Virus record (IMG/VR): IMGVR_UViG_3300009285_000031 | Location: 1-38,317 of that record | Origin: a virus | Direction: 5' to 3' (one strand) | DNA: 38,317 bases | Part shown: piece after piece, positions 7,110 to 14,873 of the stretch | Layout of the letters: the number at the start of each line of letters is the position of its first letter | Numbering within the stretch: the first letter of the stretch is position 1 | Program-made: the position numbers and the translations under genes | The notes under the pieces: generated by a model | What the model was told of the DNA's origin: nothing | Database searches by the model: none | What the model saw: the letters and a program-made list of their open reading frames with translations, nothing else

Positions 7110-7631
7110 ATGAAAATTATATTATTCATGGCAACATCTTTAAATGGAATGATCGCCGGCAAGGATGGCAACGAGGATTTTTTGTCGCACGCAAACTGGG
7201 AGTCCTTTGGCAAATTAGCTAAAGAGCATGGTTGTTTTATCATCGGCAGAAAAACATACGAGGCTGTTCAAAAATGGCCATATTATAATTATAACGATAT
7301 CGAAGCGAAACTAAAAGTAGTTGTTTCCACTGGCAAAGATTTAAAATTGGCACCACCATTTTTGGTTGTCAATTCGCCAAAGGGCGCTATTGAAAAAGCC
7401 GTTGCCATGAATTTTGAGAGCGCAATTCTTACGGGTGGAAGCACAATCAACAGTGCGTTTTTAAACGAAAATTTAATCGACGAAGTAGTGATAAATATTG
7501 AGCCTGCGATTGTTGGTTGTGGTATTCCTCTTTTTGCCGAGAAGGATATAAAAAAGCGTCTGACTTTTGTTGAGTCCGTAAGAATTGCCAATGATATATT
7601 GCAAGTTAAATATAAGGTGAACAAAATTTGA
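7110..7631 (+). CDS. Dihydrofolate reductase-family protein (RibD C-terminal domain type).
   Basis: The start MKIILFMATSLNGMIAGKDG, then IIGRKTYE, LTGGSTINSAFL..LIDEVVINIEPAIVGCGIPLF and a size of 173 aa are typical of RibD_C/DHFR-like reductases. The gene is visibly AT-rich compared with its flanks. Confidence 0.7.
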   Translation: MKIILFMATSLNGMIAGKDGNEDFLSHANWESFGKLAKEHGCFIIGRKTYEAVQKWPYYNYNDIEAKLKVVVSTGKDLKLAPPFLVVNSPKGAIEKAVAMNFESAILTGGSTINSAFLNENLIDEVVINIEPAIVGCGIPLFAEKDIKKRLTFVESVRIANDILQVKYKVNKI

Positions 7632-7676
7632 AAAATAGTTTGCCGAACTAAATTATAAACTTACGGGAGGCTTTTA

Positions 7677-8126
7677 ATGACACCAGCAGCATTATCCGCA
7701 TTGTTAAGTGGAGATATTGAGAACGCCATCATCGCATCAACACCGGGCGGCATCGAGGCGCAAGAGGCCGGTGGTCAACGTGACCTATGTACAAGTTCGA
7801 AGCTCCCTAAAATATTCAATGGTGGTAGCCGTTCCGAACTTGAGGTTATGGGAGTAGTGTTTGGTGAAGATTTCGATGACCTGTTCATAAATGTTACGTT
7901 GCCGCCCTCGTGGAAAATCGAGGCTACCGATCATAGCATGTGGTCTGATTTAGTTGACGATAAGGGGGAAGTCCGCGCAAATATCTTTTATAAGGCGGCA
8001 TTCTACGATCGGAGTGCGTTCATCAGCACCGTTCGGCAAAAGGATAATGTAGGGTCACCGGCCAACAATACACAACAAACGCTACACGCAAGCCCTGAAG
8101 GGACATTCGAAGCGCACGCCGGGTAG
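7677..8126 (+). CDS. Hypothetical protein.
   Basis: 149-aa ORF with RBS GGGAGG. Confidence 0.55.
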   Translation: MTPAALSALLSGDIENAIIASTPGGIEAQEAGGQRDLCTSSKLPKIFNGGSRSELEVMGVVFGEDFDDLFINVTLPPSWKIEATDHSMWSDLVDDKGEVRANIFYKAAFYDRSAFISTVRQKDNVGSPANNTQQTLHASPEGTFEAHAG

Positions 8127-8180
8127 CGTCGGACGTTGCAATTGTCAATTCACAATATTATAGTTTTTGGAGGCTGTTAT

Positions 8181-8381
8181 ATGTTTAAAATCGGCGATTT
8201 AGTCATACCAGTTACGAGGGAATGGGACAAGAAACGGTATACCGTGCTCGATGTTTTTGTGTCTGAAAAAAGCGGTGAGCGGTTAGTGCAAGTTGGTTTT
8301 ATCGGTAGTGTCGGCACTCCAATGGCTTCTTTAATAGATGAGCGGTTGTTTGAGGCCGCCCCCAAAAAAGAAGCTGAGTAA
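8181..8381 (+). CDS. Small hypothetical protein.
   Basis: ATG at 8181 is preceded by GGAGG. The protein begins MFKIGDLVIPV. Confidence 0.5.
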   Translation: MFKIGDLVIPVTREWDKKRYTVLDVFVSEKSGERLVQVGFIGSVGTPMASLIDERLFEAAPKKEAE

Positions 8382-8641
8382 TCTTGACAACAGCATACAA
8401 CAACCGTATGGCGTTCGTTTCACACATGCCGAAGCGGCACGTCGCCATACTTTTCCGTTTCCTGTAATAGCGGGCGAGATGAATCTGACGACGAAGGAGA
8501 CCGGCTAATGTGGAGCAAGGGTTCGAGACGTAATGGGAAATTTGTTTGTGGTTTTAACAGTTGCGCCTATCATAGTGCTGCTGTTAAGCGTAATAAGTGC
8601 TCACGGTATGATAAAGCCGAGGGCGACGATTGTTTTACCAC

Positions 8642-8676
8642 CAGCTACCGCCGACCTCTGAAATCGGCGGTAGCTG
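8642..8676. other. Perfect 13-bp stem with a 9-nt loop, not followed by a U-tract.
   Basis: CAGCTACCGCCGA-cctctgaaa-TCGGCGGTAGCTG, read directly from the sequence. Confidence 0.8.
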
Positions 8677-8698
8677 CGCATAGTCGAAGGCCGAAATA

Positions 8699-8790
8699 AT
8701 GTTACGGATTATAGCATAAATCGGAAGCACACACGACGGATTGTTGGAAAGTTGTATACACGCAATAGATAACGCCTGTTAAGGAGGGAG
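8699..8790 (+). pseudogene. Degenerate duplicate of the 5' end of the NeuB-like gene at 9411.
   Basis: 8706-8740 matches 9418-9452 at 33 of 35 positions, and weaker similarity continues downstream. It translates as MLRIIA*IGSTHDG, compared with MTRIIAEIGSTHDG in the intact gene. Confidence 0.65.
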
Positions 8791-8793
8791 TAA

Positions 8794-9054
8794 GTGCCAT
8801 ACAATGGCCGCTGTGGAAAAATAAGGACCGATGGGTGCGAATCAAACTGTGGAATGTGTTATGGTTCGACAAGATTTACACCAGCCAAAGAATTAAAAAG
8901 TGGGTATATGGGATATTCAATTGAGTGGTTGGAAAGGCACGCTGCCGGATGCGGTGTTAGCGTGGAGCAATATATTGCATACTGGGAAAGTTCTGGACTG
9001 GCAATGGATGTGCATTCCGAAGGGATGCCAAATCCGTATGGAATTGTTGATTGA
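8794..9054 (+). CDS. Hypothetical protein.
   Basis: GTG start preceded by AAGGAGGGAG. The ORF is 86 aa. Confidence 0.5.
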   Translation: MPYNGRCGKIRTDGCESNCGMCYGSTRFTPAKELKSGYMGYSIEWLERHAAGCGVSVEQYIAYWESSGLAMDVHSEGMPNPYGIVD

Positions 9055-9117
9055 AGACGCGAGCGCAGGACGTGGTGGTGGCACCGGTTATGGTCACTCA
9101 AAGAAAGGTGGCTCCAG

Positions 9118-9414
9118 TTGAGAGACAAATGTTTAGATTTTTTGCGTGAAGCAAGAGCTGTTATTAGCGAAGAGCAAAGCTCGGGTACTCATAGTAGTCC
9201 GCAGGATGTAACATTAACCGCGATTGATACGGCAATTTTGTGGCGTTGTCACGATTTGCATTTCCGGGAACCAGTCGTGAATGAGAGCCTCGAGCCTTGG
9301 AGCGTTCGCAATAATCAAGTTAACAAACACTACACGCATGGGCCGATGCGGCCACGTTACAAAGTAAATTCTGAAGTTGTCGGCAAGAATTCAAACAGAA
9401 GACGCAAAAAATGA
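9118..9414 (+). CDS. Hypothetical protein (start uncertain).
   Basis: 98-aa ORF whose stop overlaps the NeuB-like start (ATGA). The only start available is TTG. Confidence 0.35.
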   Translation: MRDKCLDFLREARAVISEEQSSGTHSSPQDVTLTAIDTAILWRCHDLHFREPVVNESLEPWSVRNNQVNKHYTHGPMRPRYKVNSEVVGKNSNRRRKK

Positions 9415-10046
9415 CAAGGATTATAGCAGAAATCGGAAGCACGCACGACGGAAAGCTGGCGAACTGTATGAAGGCAATAGGCTGCGCTGCGGAGGCCGGC
9501 GTGCAGGATGTTAAGTTCCAGTTGTTGGAGAAGGAGCACGCCAAAAACGGGAACGTCTCAATCTGTCCATCGTGGCTACCAGAGCTTGTGAAATACGGTA
9601 GATCTTCCGATGTAAATGTTTTCGCTTCGGCATGGTCGTTGCAGTCTATCGTTGCACTTGCAGACTCGGGAGCGACATCGATAAAGTTTGCGTATTCTGC
9701 AAGATTGGAGCAAGGATTAATTGATACGGCGCAGACTCATTTTAAAGAAGTAATCGTTTCTTCCGACGTTATGACCGGCCCGCTACCGGGAGTAATAAAC
9801 CTGTTCTGCATACCGCAGTATCCTGTTTATTTCAAAGTCGATTTCGCCGAAATATTCAACGCAGGATTCGACGGGTTTTCCGACCATACTCTCGGAATCA
9901 ACCAAACCATCGACGCCATTCGGGCAGGTGCGCGAATTATCGAGAAGCACGTCTGCCAATGTCCCGGCAGCAAGTGCCCGGATGCTCGATTCGCAATATC
10001 GTGGGATCAAGTAAAGCTACTTAAGCGTGAGGCGGAATCGATATGA
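9411..10046 (+). CDS. NeuB-family nonulosonic acid synthase-like protein. It is short, with the TIM-barrel part only.
   Basis: The motifs IIAEIGSTHDG, AGVQDVKFQ and FSDHTLGINQTIDAIRAGARIIEKH are present. At 211 aa there is no room for the usual C-terminal SAF domain. Confidence 0.65.
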   Translation: MTRIIAEIGSTHDGKLANCMKAIGCAAEAGVQDVKFQLLEKEHAKNGNVSICPSWLPELVKYGRSSDVNVFASAWSLQSIVALADSGATSIKFAYSARLEQGLIDTAQTHFKEVIVSSDVMTGPLPGVINLFCIPQYPVYFKVDFAEIFNAGFDGFSDHTLGINQTIDAIRAGARIIEKHVCQCPGSKCPDARFAISWDQVKLLKREAESI

Positions 10047-10660
10047 AAATCCTTGTCATAGGCAGCGAGGGGTCGACAGGTAGGAGGTATTGCAAAATAC
10101 TGGAAGAGATGGGGATCTCGGTATTGAAGTACGACATCGAAGACGTGAAAAATCCGCTTCCAGGATACGACAAGGTGATAATTGCGACTCCAACGGAAAC
10201 GCATCGGGAGTATTATTATATGTTACCTAAAACTGAATGGCAAAACATTCTTATCGAAAAACCTGCGTTTTCAAAAATTCCAGACCTTATCGTAGGATAT
10301 ATGTATTCTGGCATTGAGGCGAAGATGGTCTGCAATTGGGCTTTCGTTTTTCACGATGAAATTCTTCAGCCCGGCAAGCATCTTGTTTTTTACGATTGTT
10401 CAAACCACGGAAAAGAAGGGTACTGGTTTGACACTTGCCAGTTACACATCCTTTCAAACGGGAGAGGAACAATTGCGGAGTCGGCGGATGCGTTCAATGC
10501 CTCGATTGACGACAAAGAGGTAACAAGGACGATGATCGAGGCATCCTATGTCCGAATGATTGATTCGTGGATTTATCGCCCGGAAGAGTTGTGGAACGTT
10601 CAGGATTTAATACCGGAACTTTCTTACATTATCCGAAAGCAGGAAATTGAAAATGGATAA
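10043..10660 (+). CDS. Gfo/Idh/MocA-like NAD(P)-dependent oxidoreductase.
   Basis: There is an N-terminal Rossmann start (MKILVIGSEGSTGRRY), then ATPTETH and ILIEKP (the EKP motif). Confidence 0.5.
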   Translation: MKILVIGSEGSTGRRYCKILEEMGISVLKYDIEDVKNPLPGYDKVIIATPTETHREYYYMLPKTEWQNILIEKPAFSKIPDLIVGYMYSGIEAKMVCNWAFVFHDEILQPGKHLVFYDCSNHGKEGYWFDTCQLHILSNGRGTIAESADAFNASIDDKEVTRTMIEASYVRMIDSWIYRPEELWNVQDLIPELSYIIRKQEIENG

Positions 10661-11216
10661 AAGCAAGTTCGTCGTCGGAATTCAGGTGCGTTCTACAAGC
10701 ACGAGATTTCCGGGAAAGTGCAGCCGGGTTATTAATGGAGCGGAAATGTGGAGAAGTATCTTTTGTGAATGCCGGAGCACCGGGATAGACTGCAGAATGC
10801 TCGTTCCGAAAAATGATAAGCTCGTTTCGGAACTCGAAATGTTCGACAAAGAATCTATAATCACCGGCCCGGAAAACTCCCCTCTTCAGAGGTTTCAAAA
10901 CCTGCTCGCGGCAAGCACGGCAAAAAATATCATCCGTATCACCGCTGACTGCCCGTTAATTGTATCGTGGATGATTCTTGACATGGCCCACCAGTTCGAG
11001 CGAGATAATCGAACGTTCATGTACAACGAACTTGACGGGGTGGACGTGCAGATTGCCAGCAGGAATATTTTCTTTTATCCTCGATATTTAGATGAAGAGC
11101 ACGTTTTCAACATGGAGAAAATAAAAGAGCACAGACTGTATACAAAGTGGGAAATGCACCTATCTGTCGATACTAAAGAGCAGTACGAGCATATCAAATT
11201 TATTACGGGAGGATAA
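10653..11216 (+). CDS. Cytidylyltransferase-family protein (SpsF / acylneuraminate cytidylyltransferase-like).
   Basis: IQVRSTSTRFPGK and IIRITADCPLI match the CTP-transferase type 3 pattern. The ATG at 10653 was preferred over the TTG at 10647. Confidence 0.55.
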   Translation: MDKSKFVVGIQVRSTSTRFPGKCSRVINGAEMWRSIFCECRSTGIDCRMLVPKNDKLVSELEMFDKESIITGPENSPLQRFQNLLAASTAKNIIRITADCPLIVSWMILDMAHQFERDNRTFMYNELDGVDVQIASRNIFFYPRYLDEEHVFNMEKIKEHRLYTKWEMHLSVDTKEQYEHIKFITGG

Positions 11217-12356
11217 ATGATTTTTGGAGGAGCGTCAACATTTTCGAAAATGCACTGCAATTATCCGGAGAATATTCCGGAGTCGATTACCAGATCAAGT
11301 GGCCAATTTTTAGAGTTCGATGATGGAAAAGACGTTTTCGACACCGTTTCCGCCCTTGGAGCACGACTGGTCGATTGCGAACCGTCGGGCGGAATGGTGT
11401 CGCTTCCCCATAAAAGCGAAAAGATTCTTGCTCGTATGCTTTGTGGACTTTTCCCATTTGTCGAAATGGTGCGGTATGGCTGCAATGGTGCCGACGCAAC
11501 TGAGGGTGCTATCCGATACGCGCGGGCGCACACCGGTAAAAAATACGTAATCAGTTGCGGATACCACTCCTGCCAAAGCGCGTTTACGATGAATACCCCT
11601 CCATCGCTCGGGTGTATTCCCGGGTACATCGTCCAGGCAAACGATTTTAATGCGGTGATAAAGCTGCTGAATGGAGTTGACAGCGATCTAATCAGGCACC
11701 CCGAAGGCGTCGCCGCAGTAATCGTGGAACCGGTAACGCTCGATCTCGATGTCAGAGAGCAGTTGGAGGAAATACGCTCAATCACGAAAAAAAAAGGAAT
11801 CGTTCTTATTTTCGACGAGATCATTACCGGGTTTCGAGTTCCGACGAGATCGATTTCAACATGGTACGGCATTGCCCCGGACCTTATCACGCTCGGGAAA
11901 GCGCTCGGTGGCGGGTATCCGCTATCGATCATAGGCGGCCCGCGCGCCATCATGGACAAGCCGGTGTTCCACTCGTACACGTTCGCAGGGCTTCCGACTG
12001 CTCTTAACAACGCGATAAATATATGCAATATCAGAGATGTTGAATTCATCGATTTCTGGGACCGTTCAGATAAATTCATGTACGACTTCAACAATCTACC
12101 TTTTGAAATAAAGCTGAAGGGGTACGCAACCCGCGGAGTCTGGACCGGCCCCGAAATCGTGAAGTTTATCTTCTGGCAAGAGATGTTCAAAAAAGGGGTT
12201 CTGCTCGGACCGGCGTTCTTCCCGAGAATGGGGTGGACAAAAGAAGAGTATGGGCTGTTGTTGCAAAAGTCAGTAGAAACCCTCAAAGAAATACGAGACA
12301 AAGAAATTTGTCTCGTCGGGAGAATGCCTGCATCAATTTTCAAGAGGAACTCATGA
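11217..12356 (+). CDS. Class III PLP-dependent aminotransferase (related to glutamate-1-semialdehyde aminomutase).
   Basis: The motifs IFDEIITGFRV and LITLGKALGGGYPLS (PLP lysine) are present. The ORF is 379 aa. Confidence 0.8.
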   Translation: MIFGGASTFSKMHCNYPENIPESITRSSGQFLEFDDGKDVFDTVSALGARLVDCEPSGGMVSLPHKSEKILARMLCGLFPFVEMVRYGCNGADATEGAIRYARAHTGKKYVISCGYHSCQSAFTMNTPPSLGCIPGYIVQANDFNAVIKLLNGVDSDLIRHPEGVAAVIVEPVTLDLDVREQLEEIRSITKKKGIVLIFDEIITGFRVPTRSISTWYGIAPDLITLGKALGGGYPLSIIGGPRAIMDKPVFHSYTFAGLPTALNNAINICNIRDVEFIDFWDRSDKFMYDFNNLPFEIKLKGYATRGVWTGPEIVKFIFWQEMFKKGVLLGPAFFPRMGWTKEEYGLLLQKSVETLKEIRDKEICLVGRMPASIFKRNS

Positions 12357-12649
12357 TGGAGAAATGGATTGAAGCCAATAAAGCGTTGCCCCGATCAGGC
12401 GAGCGTGTTTTAGTTTACGGAATAAAACTACATAAGGTTACGATAGCGTGGTATAGTGAATTCAAAGAATGGCATTCGTTTGACGTTGGCCACAACGACA
12501 AAATATGGATGTTGAATGATTTTATAACGCATTGGAAAAAACTCCCTACACGTCCAAATGTAAAATGCCCTCACGATACCATTTTCGTATCTAACAATAA
12601 AGACGTTGTTTTATGTCAAGATTGCGGTAAGCATTTTAAAAAGAAGTAA
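12353..12649 (+). CDS. DUF551-domain protein with a C-terminal zinc-ribbon-like CxxC.
   Basis: The sequence WIEANKALPRSGERVLVYG...ITHWKKLPTRP fits the DUF551 pattern. The start overlaps the upstream stop. Confidence 0.6.
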   Translation: MMEKWIEANKALPRSGERVLVYGIKLHKVTIAWYSEFKEWHSFDVGHNDKIWMLNDFITHWKKLPTRPNVKCPHDTIFVSNNKDVVLCQDCGKHFKKK

Positions 12650-12708
12650 AAAAGATATGAGAATAAAATTAGTTTCTGTCGATTCGAAAAACTATTCAAG
12701 AGGAACAC

Positions 12709-13134
12709 ATGAAGCATAAAATCAAGCTCACCGATGTTTATTTGTTCAATTATTCAGACATGTTACTTCTGTATGGGTGTCTTTCGGAACGACCAAAAGT
12801 TGCAAACATCAGTCACGACGGAAAACTTCCTAAATTTGGAGATCATGTCGCCTTTGTTGAAAGTAAGCCGTATCGTGAATGGTATATAATCAAGGTCATG
12901 GTTGACGGAACCTGGATGAGCTGCGGAAATGTTTACATTACGAAAAACAATGAGATCGGAATTTTCATCCTGAAGTATTACCAGCGACGAGGTATCGCCC
13001 TGTCGGTAGTAAAAAGAATATCGACCGGGAAAGAGGTTTTTGCGAACATCGCGCCGAAGAATTATCCATCGCAGAAGCTTTTCAAGAAACTCGGGTTCGT
13101 TCACATTCAAAATACGTACAGGCGGTCAAAATGA
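12709..13134 (+). CDS. GNAT-family N-acetyltransferase (putative).
   Basis: The acetyl-CoA motif A-like sequence YQRRGIALSVV and the C-terminal KLFKKLGF are present. The ORF is 141 aa. Confidence 0.5.
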   Translation: MKHKIKLTDVYLFNYSDMLLLYGCLSERPKVANISHDGKLPKFGDHVAFVESKPYREWYIIKVMVDGTWMSCGNVYITKNNEIGIFILKYYQRRGIALSVVKRISTGKEVFANIAPKNYPSQKLFKKLGFVHIQNTYRRSK

Positions 13135-14153
13135 ACTATTTCATTTCAGGCGGAACCGGAACCATCGGGAAAGAGCTGGTTTCTCAACTGTTGTCAAAGG
13201 AAAATCTACTTCACCCAACGGAGAAAATCGTCATCTACTCACGCGACGAGGCGAAGCAGGCGGCAATGGCTGAAACATTCCCGCCGGGAGGAGCGTGTGG
13301 CATGCGGTACATCGTCGGCGATATATGCGACTACGACAGGCTCGTCTACGGAATGGAGGGCGCCCATGTCGTCATTCACGCTGCGGCAATGAAGAGAATC
13401 GACGCCTGCGAATACAACCCGATCGAGAGCCTGCGCGTGAACGTGACCGGATCTCTGAACGTCGCCAGAGCATGTATCGAGTGCGGAGTAAAGCAGGCTA
13501 TTTTTCTATCGACCGACAAGGCGTGTAACCCGTGTTCTGCTTATGGCGCACAGAAGGCGGCGATTGAGCGTCTATGGATCGGAATGAACAACATGACATC
13601 GAAGACGTGCTTCAACGTTGCGAGGTATGGGAATGTCTTCGGGTCTCGTGGATCGGTCATCGATAAGTGGAAAGCTGCCGCAGCCGCCGGCAAGGCGCTC
13701 ACAATAACTTCAACAGAAATGACAAGATTTTTTTGGAATATCGATGAGGCCGCATCGTTCATTATCAACCGCGTTGCAGATGCGGGCAGGAATTTTGATC
13801 GCGGCCTCATCTATATCCCTAAAATGAAGGCGCAGAAAATCGTCGATGTCGCTCTGTCGATCGGAAAAGAGATCAACGTCGTCGGGTTGCGATGCCCGGA
13901 AAAAATGAATGAAGATCTCATCAGTGAAGTAGAAGGCATGAGTGGATACGACCAGGGAGATTTTTACATCATTTACCCGATGCAACACGATTGGGCTGCG
14001 GATATCGGGACGAGAGGTAAGAATTGCGAAGACGGGTTCAGGTTATCTTCGTCAATCAACACAGGAGAATTTTGCGACACAAAACAATGCGATTCGCGGG
14101 ATTGCGGTGTTTGCAAAGTGGGTTATGGTAGAATTTGCGATAAACGTACTTAA
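13131..14153 (+). CDS. Nucleotide-sugar 4,6-dehydratase of the PseB/FlaA1/CapD family.
   Basis: The motifs ISGGTGTIGKEL, VIHAAAMKRIDACEYNP, STDKACNPCSAYGAQK and ARYGNVFGSRGSVI are present. Confidence 0.85.
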   Translation: MNYFISGGTGTIGKELVSQLLSKENLLHPTEKIVIYSRDEAKQAAMAETFPPGGACGMRYIVGDICDYDRLVYGMEGAHVVIHAAAMKRIDACEYNPIESLRVNVTGSLNVARACIECGVKQAIFLSTDKACNPCSAYGAQKAAIERLWIGMNNMTSKTCFNVARYGNVFGSRGSVIDKWKAAAAAGKALTITSTEMTRFFWNIDEAASFIINRVADAGRNFDRGLIYIPKMKAQKIVDVALSIGKEINVVGLRCPEKMNEDLISEVEGMSGYDQGDFYIIYPMQHDWAADIGTRGKNCEDGFRLSSSINTGEFCDTKQCDSRDCGVCKVGYGRICDKRT

Positions 14154-14217
14154 AAGCAAGGCGGTTTCGCCGAGGCTCCCGGTTGCTCGACTCTTCCGCC
14201 GTTCGGAGGAGAAACAG

Positions 14218-14246
14218 GCCCCGGCGGCAACCGGGGCTTTTTTTAT
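14218..14246 (+). terminator. Rho-independent terminator at the convergence point of the plus and minus gene blocks.
   Basis: GCCCCGG-cggcaa-CCGGGGC followed by TTTTTTTAT. Confidence 0.7.
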
Positions 14247-14863
14247 ATTGCACCTGTAAAAGATGCTATCGTGAACCAATCAGTGGTGTTGTATTGTTGG
14301 AACAAAAGATTTAATACTGAGCAGGTGCTGCTTTTAACTAAAATCCTCCAAGCTCCATCCCATGAAACACCAGGAGCCGGCGCATTAAGCTCGATTGCTC
14401 CGTCAACAGGGACCCTCACAGAACCCTCTTCTGCGATGCTTGCTTTTATAACCCACGTAGTCGCGGAATATTTCTCAAACCATACCCCGTCATCGTTGTT
14501 TGGTTTTCTTCCCAGTCTCCACGTTCCATCTGTAGCGTCGGCTCCGAAATAAACCGTACCGCTGTTTAAATTCATCCCGACATTTCCGCTGATCGCCAAA
14601 GCACCAAACGCAACCGACGATGCGGCTACGTGCCCTACGTTAAATGTGTTTACAACTGTCAACTGATTCACGCTGGCGCTCTGCATGGCGGAAACCACCG
14701 CCGAAGCAAAGGCAATCGTGGCAACCTTTAAAGTCCCGCACCCGAGGTCGGCGGTACTGGCGCTCGATATCGCCGTAATTATCGCGTCAAAGTTCTCATT
14801 CATCGTCGTAGCGTTTGACGCCTGCCCGTTTACAAACACATTGGGAATTGAAGGGTCTGCCAT
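14243..14863 (-). CDS. Tail fibre or receptor-binding-like protein.
   Basis: The N-terminus PNVFVNGQASNATTMNENFDAII is typical of phage fibre N-termini. It is the last gene of the structural operon. Confidence 0.5.
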   Translation of the reverse strand: MADPSIPNVFVNGQASNATTMNENFDAIITAISSASTADLGCGTLKVATIAFASAVVSAMQSASVNQLTVVNTFNVGHVAASSVAFGALAISGNVGMNLNSGTVYFGADATDGTWRLGRKPNNDDGVWFEKYSATTWVIKASIAEEGSVRVPVDGAIELNAPAPGVSWDGAWRILVKSSTCSVLNLLFQQYNTTDWFTIASFTGAI

Positions 14864-14873
14864 GTTGTTCTCC

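Noticed and set aside
11261-12343. A 360-aa minus-strand ORF antisense to the aminotransferase gene.
   Set aside because: The plus-strand frame carries clear class III aminotransferase motifs (DEIITGFRV, GKALGGG). The antisense product has low-complexity composition and no motifs, so it is a shadow ORF.
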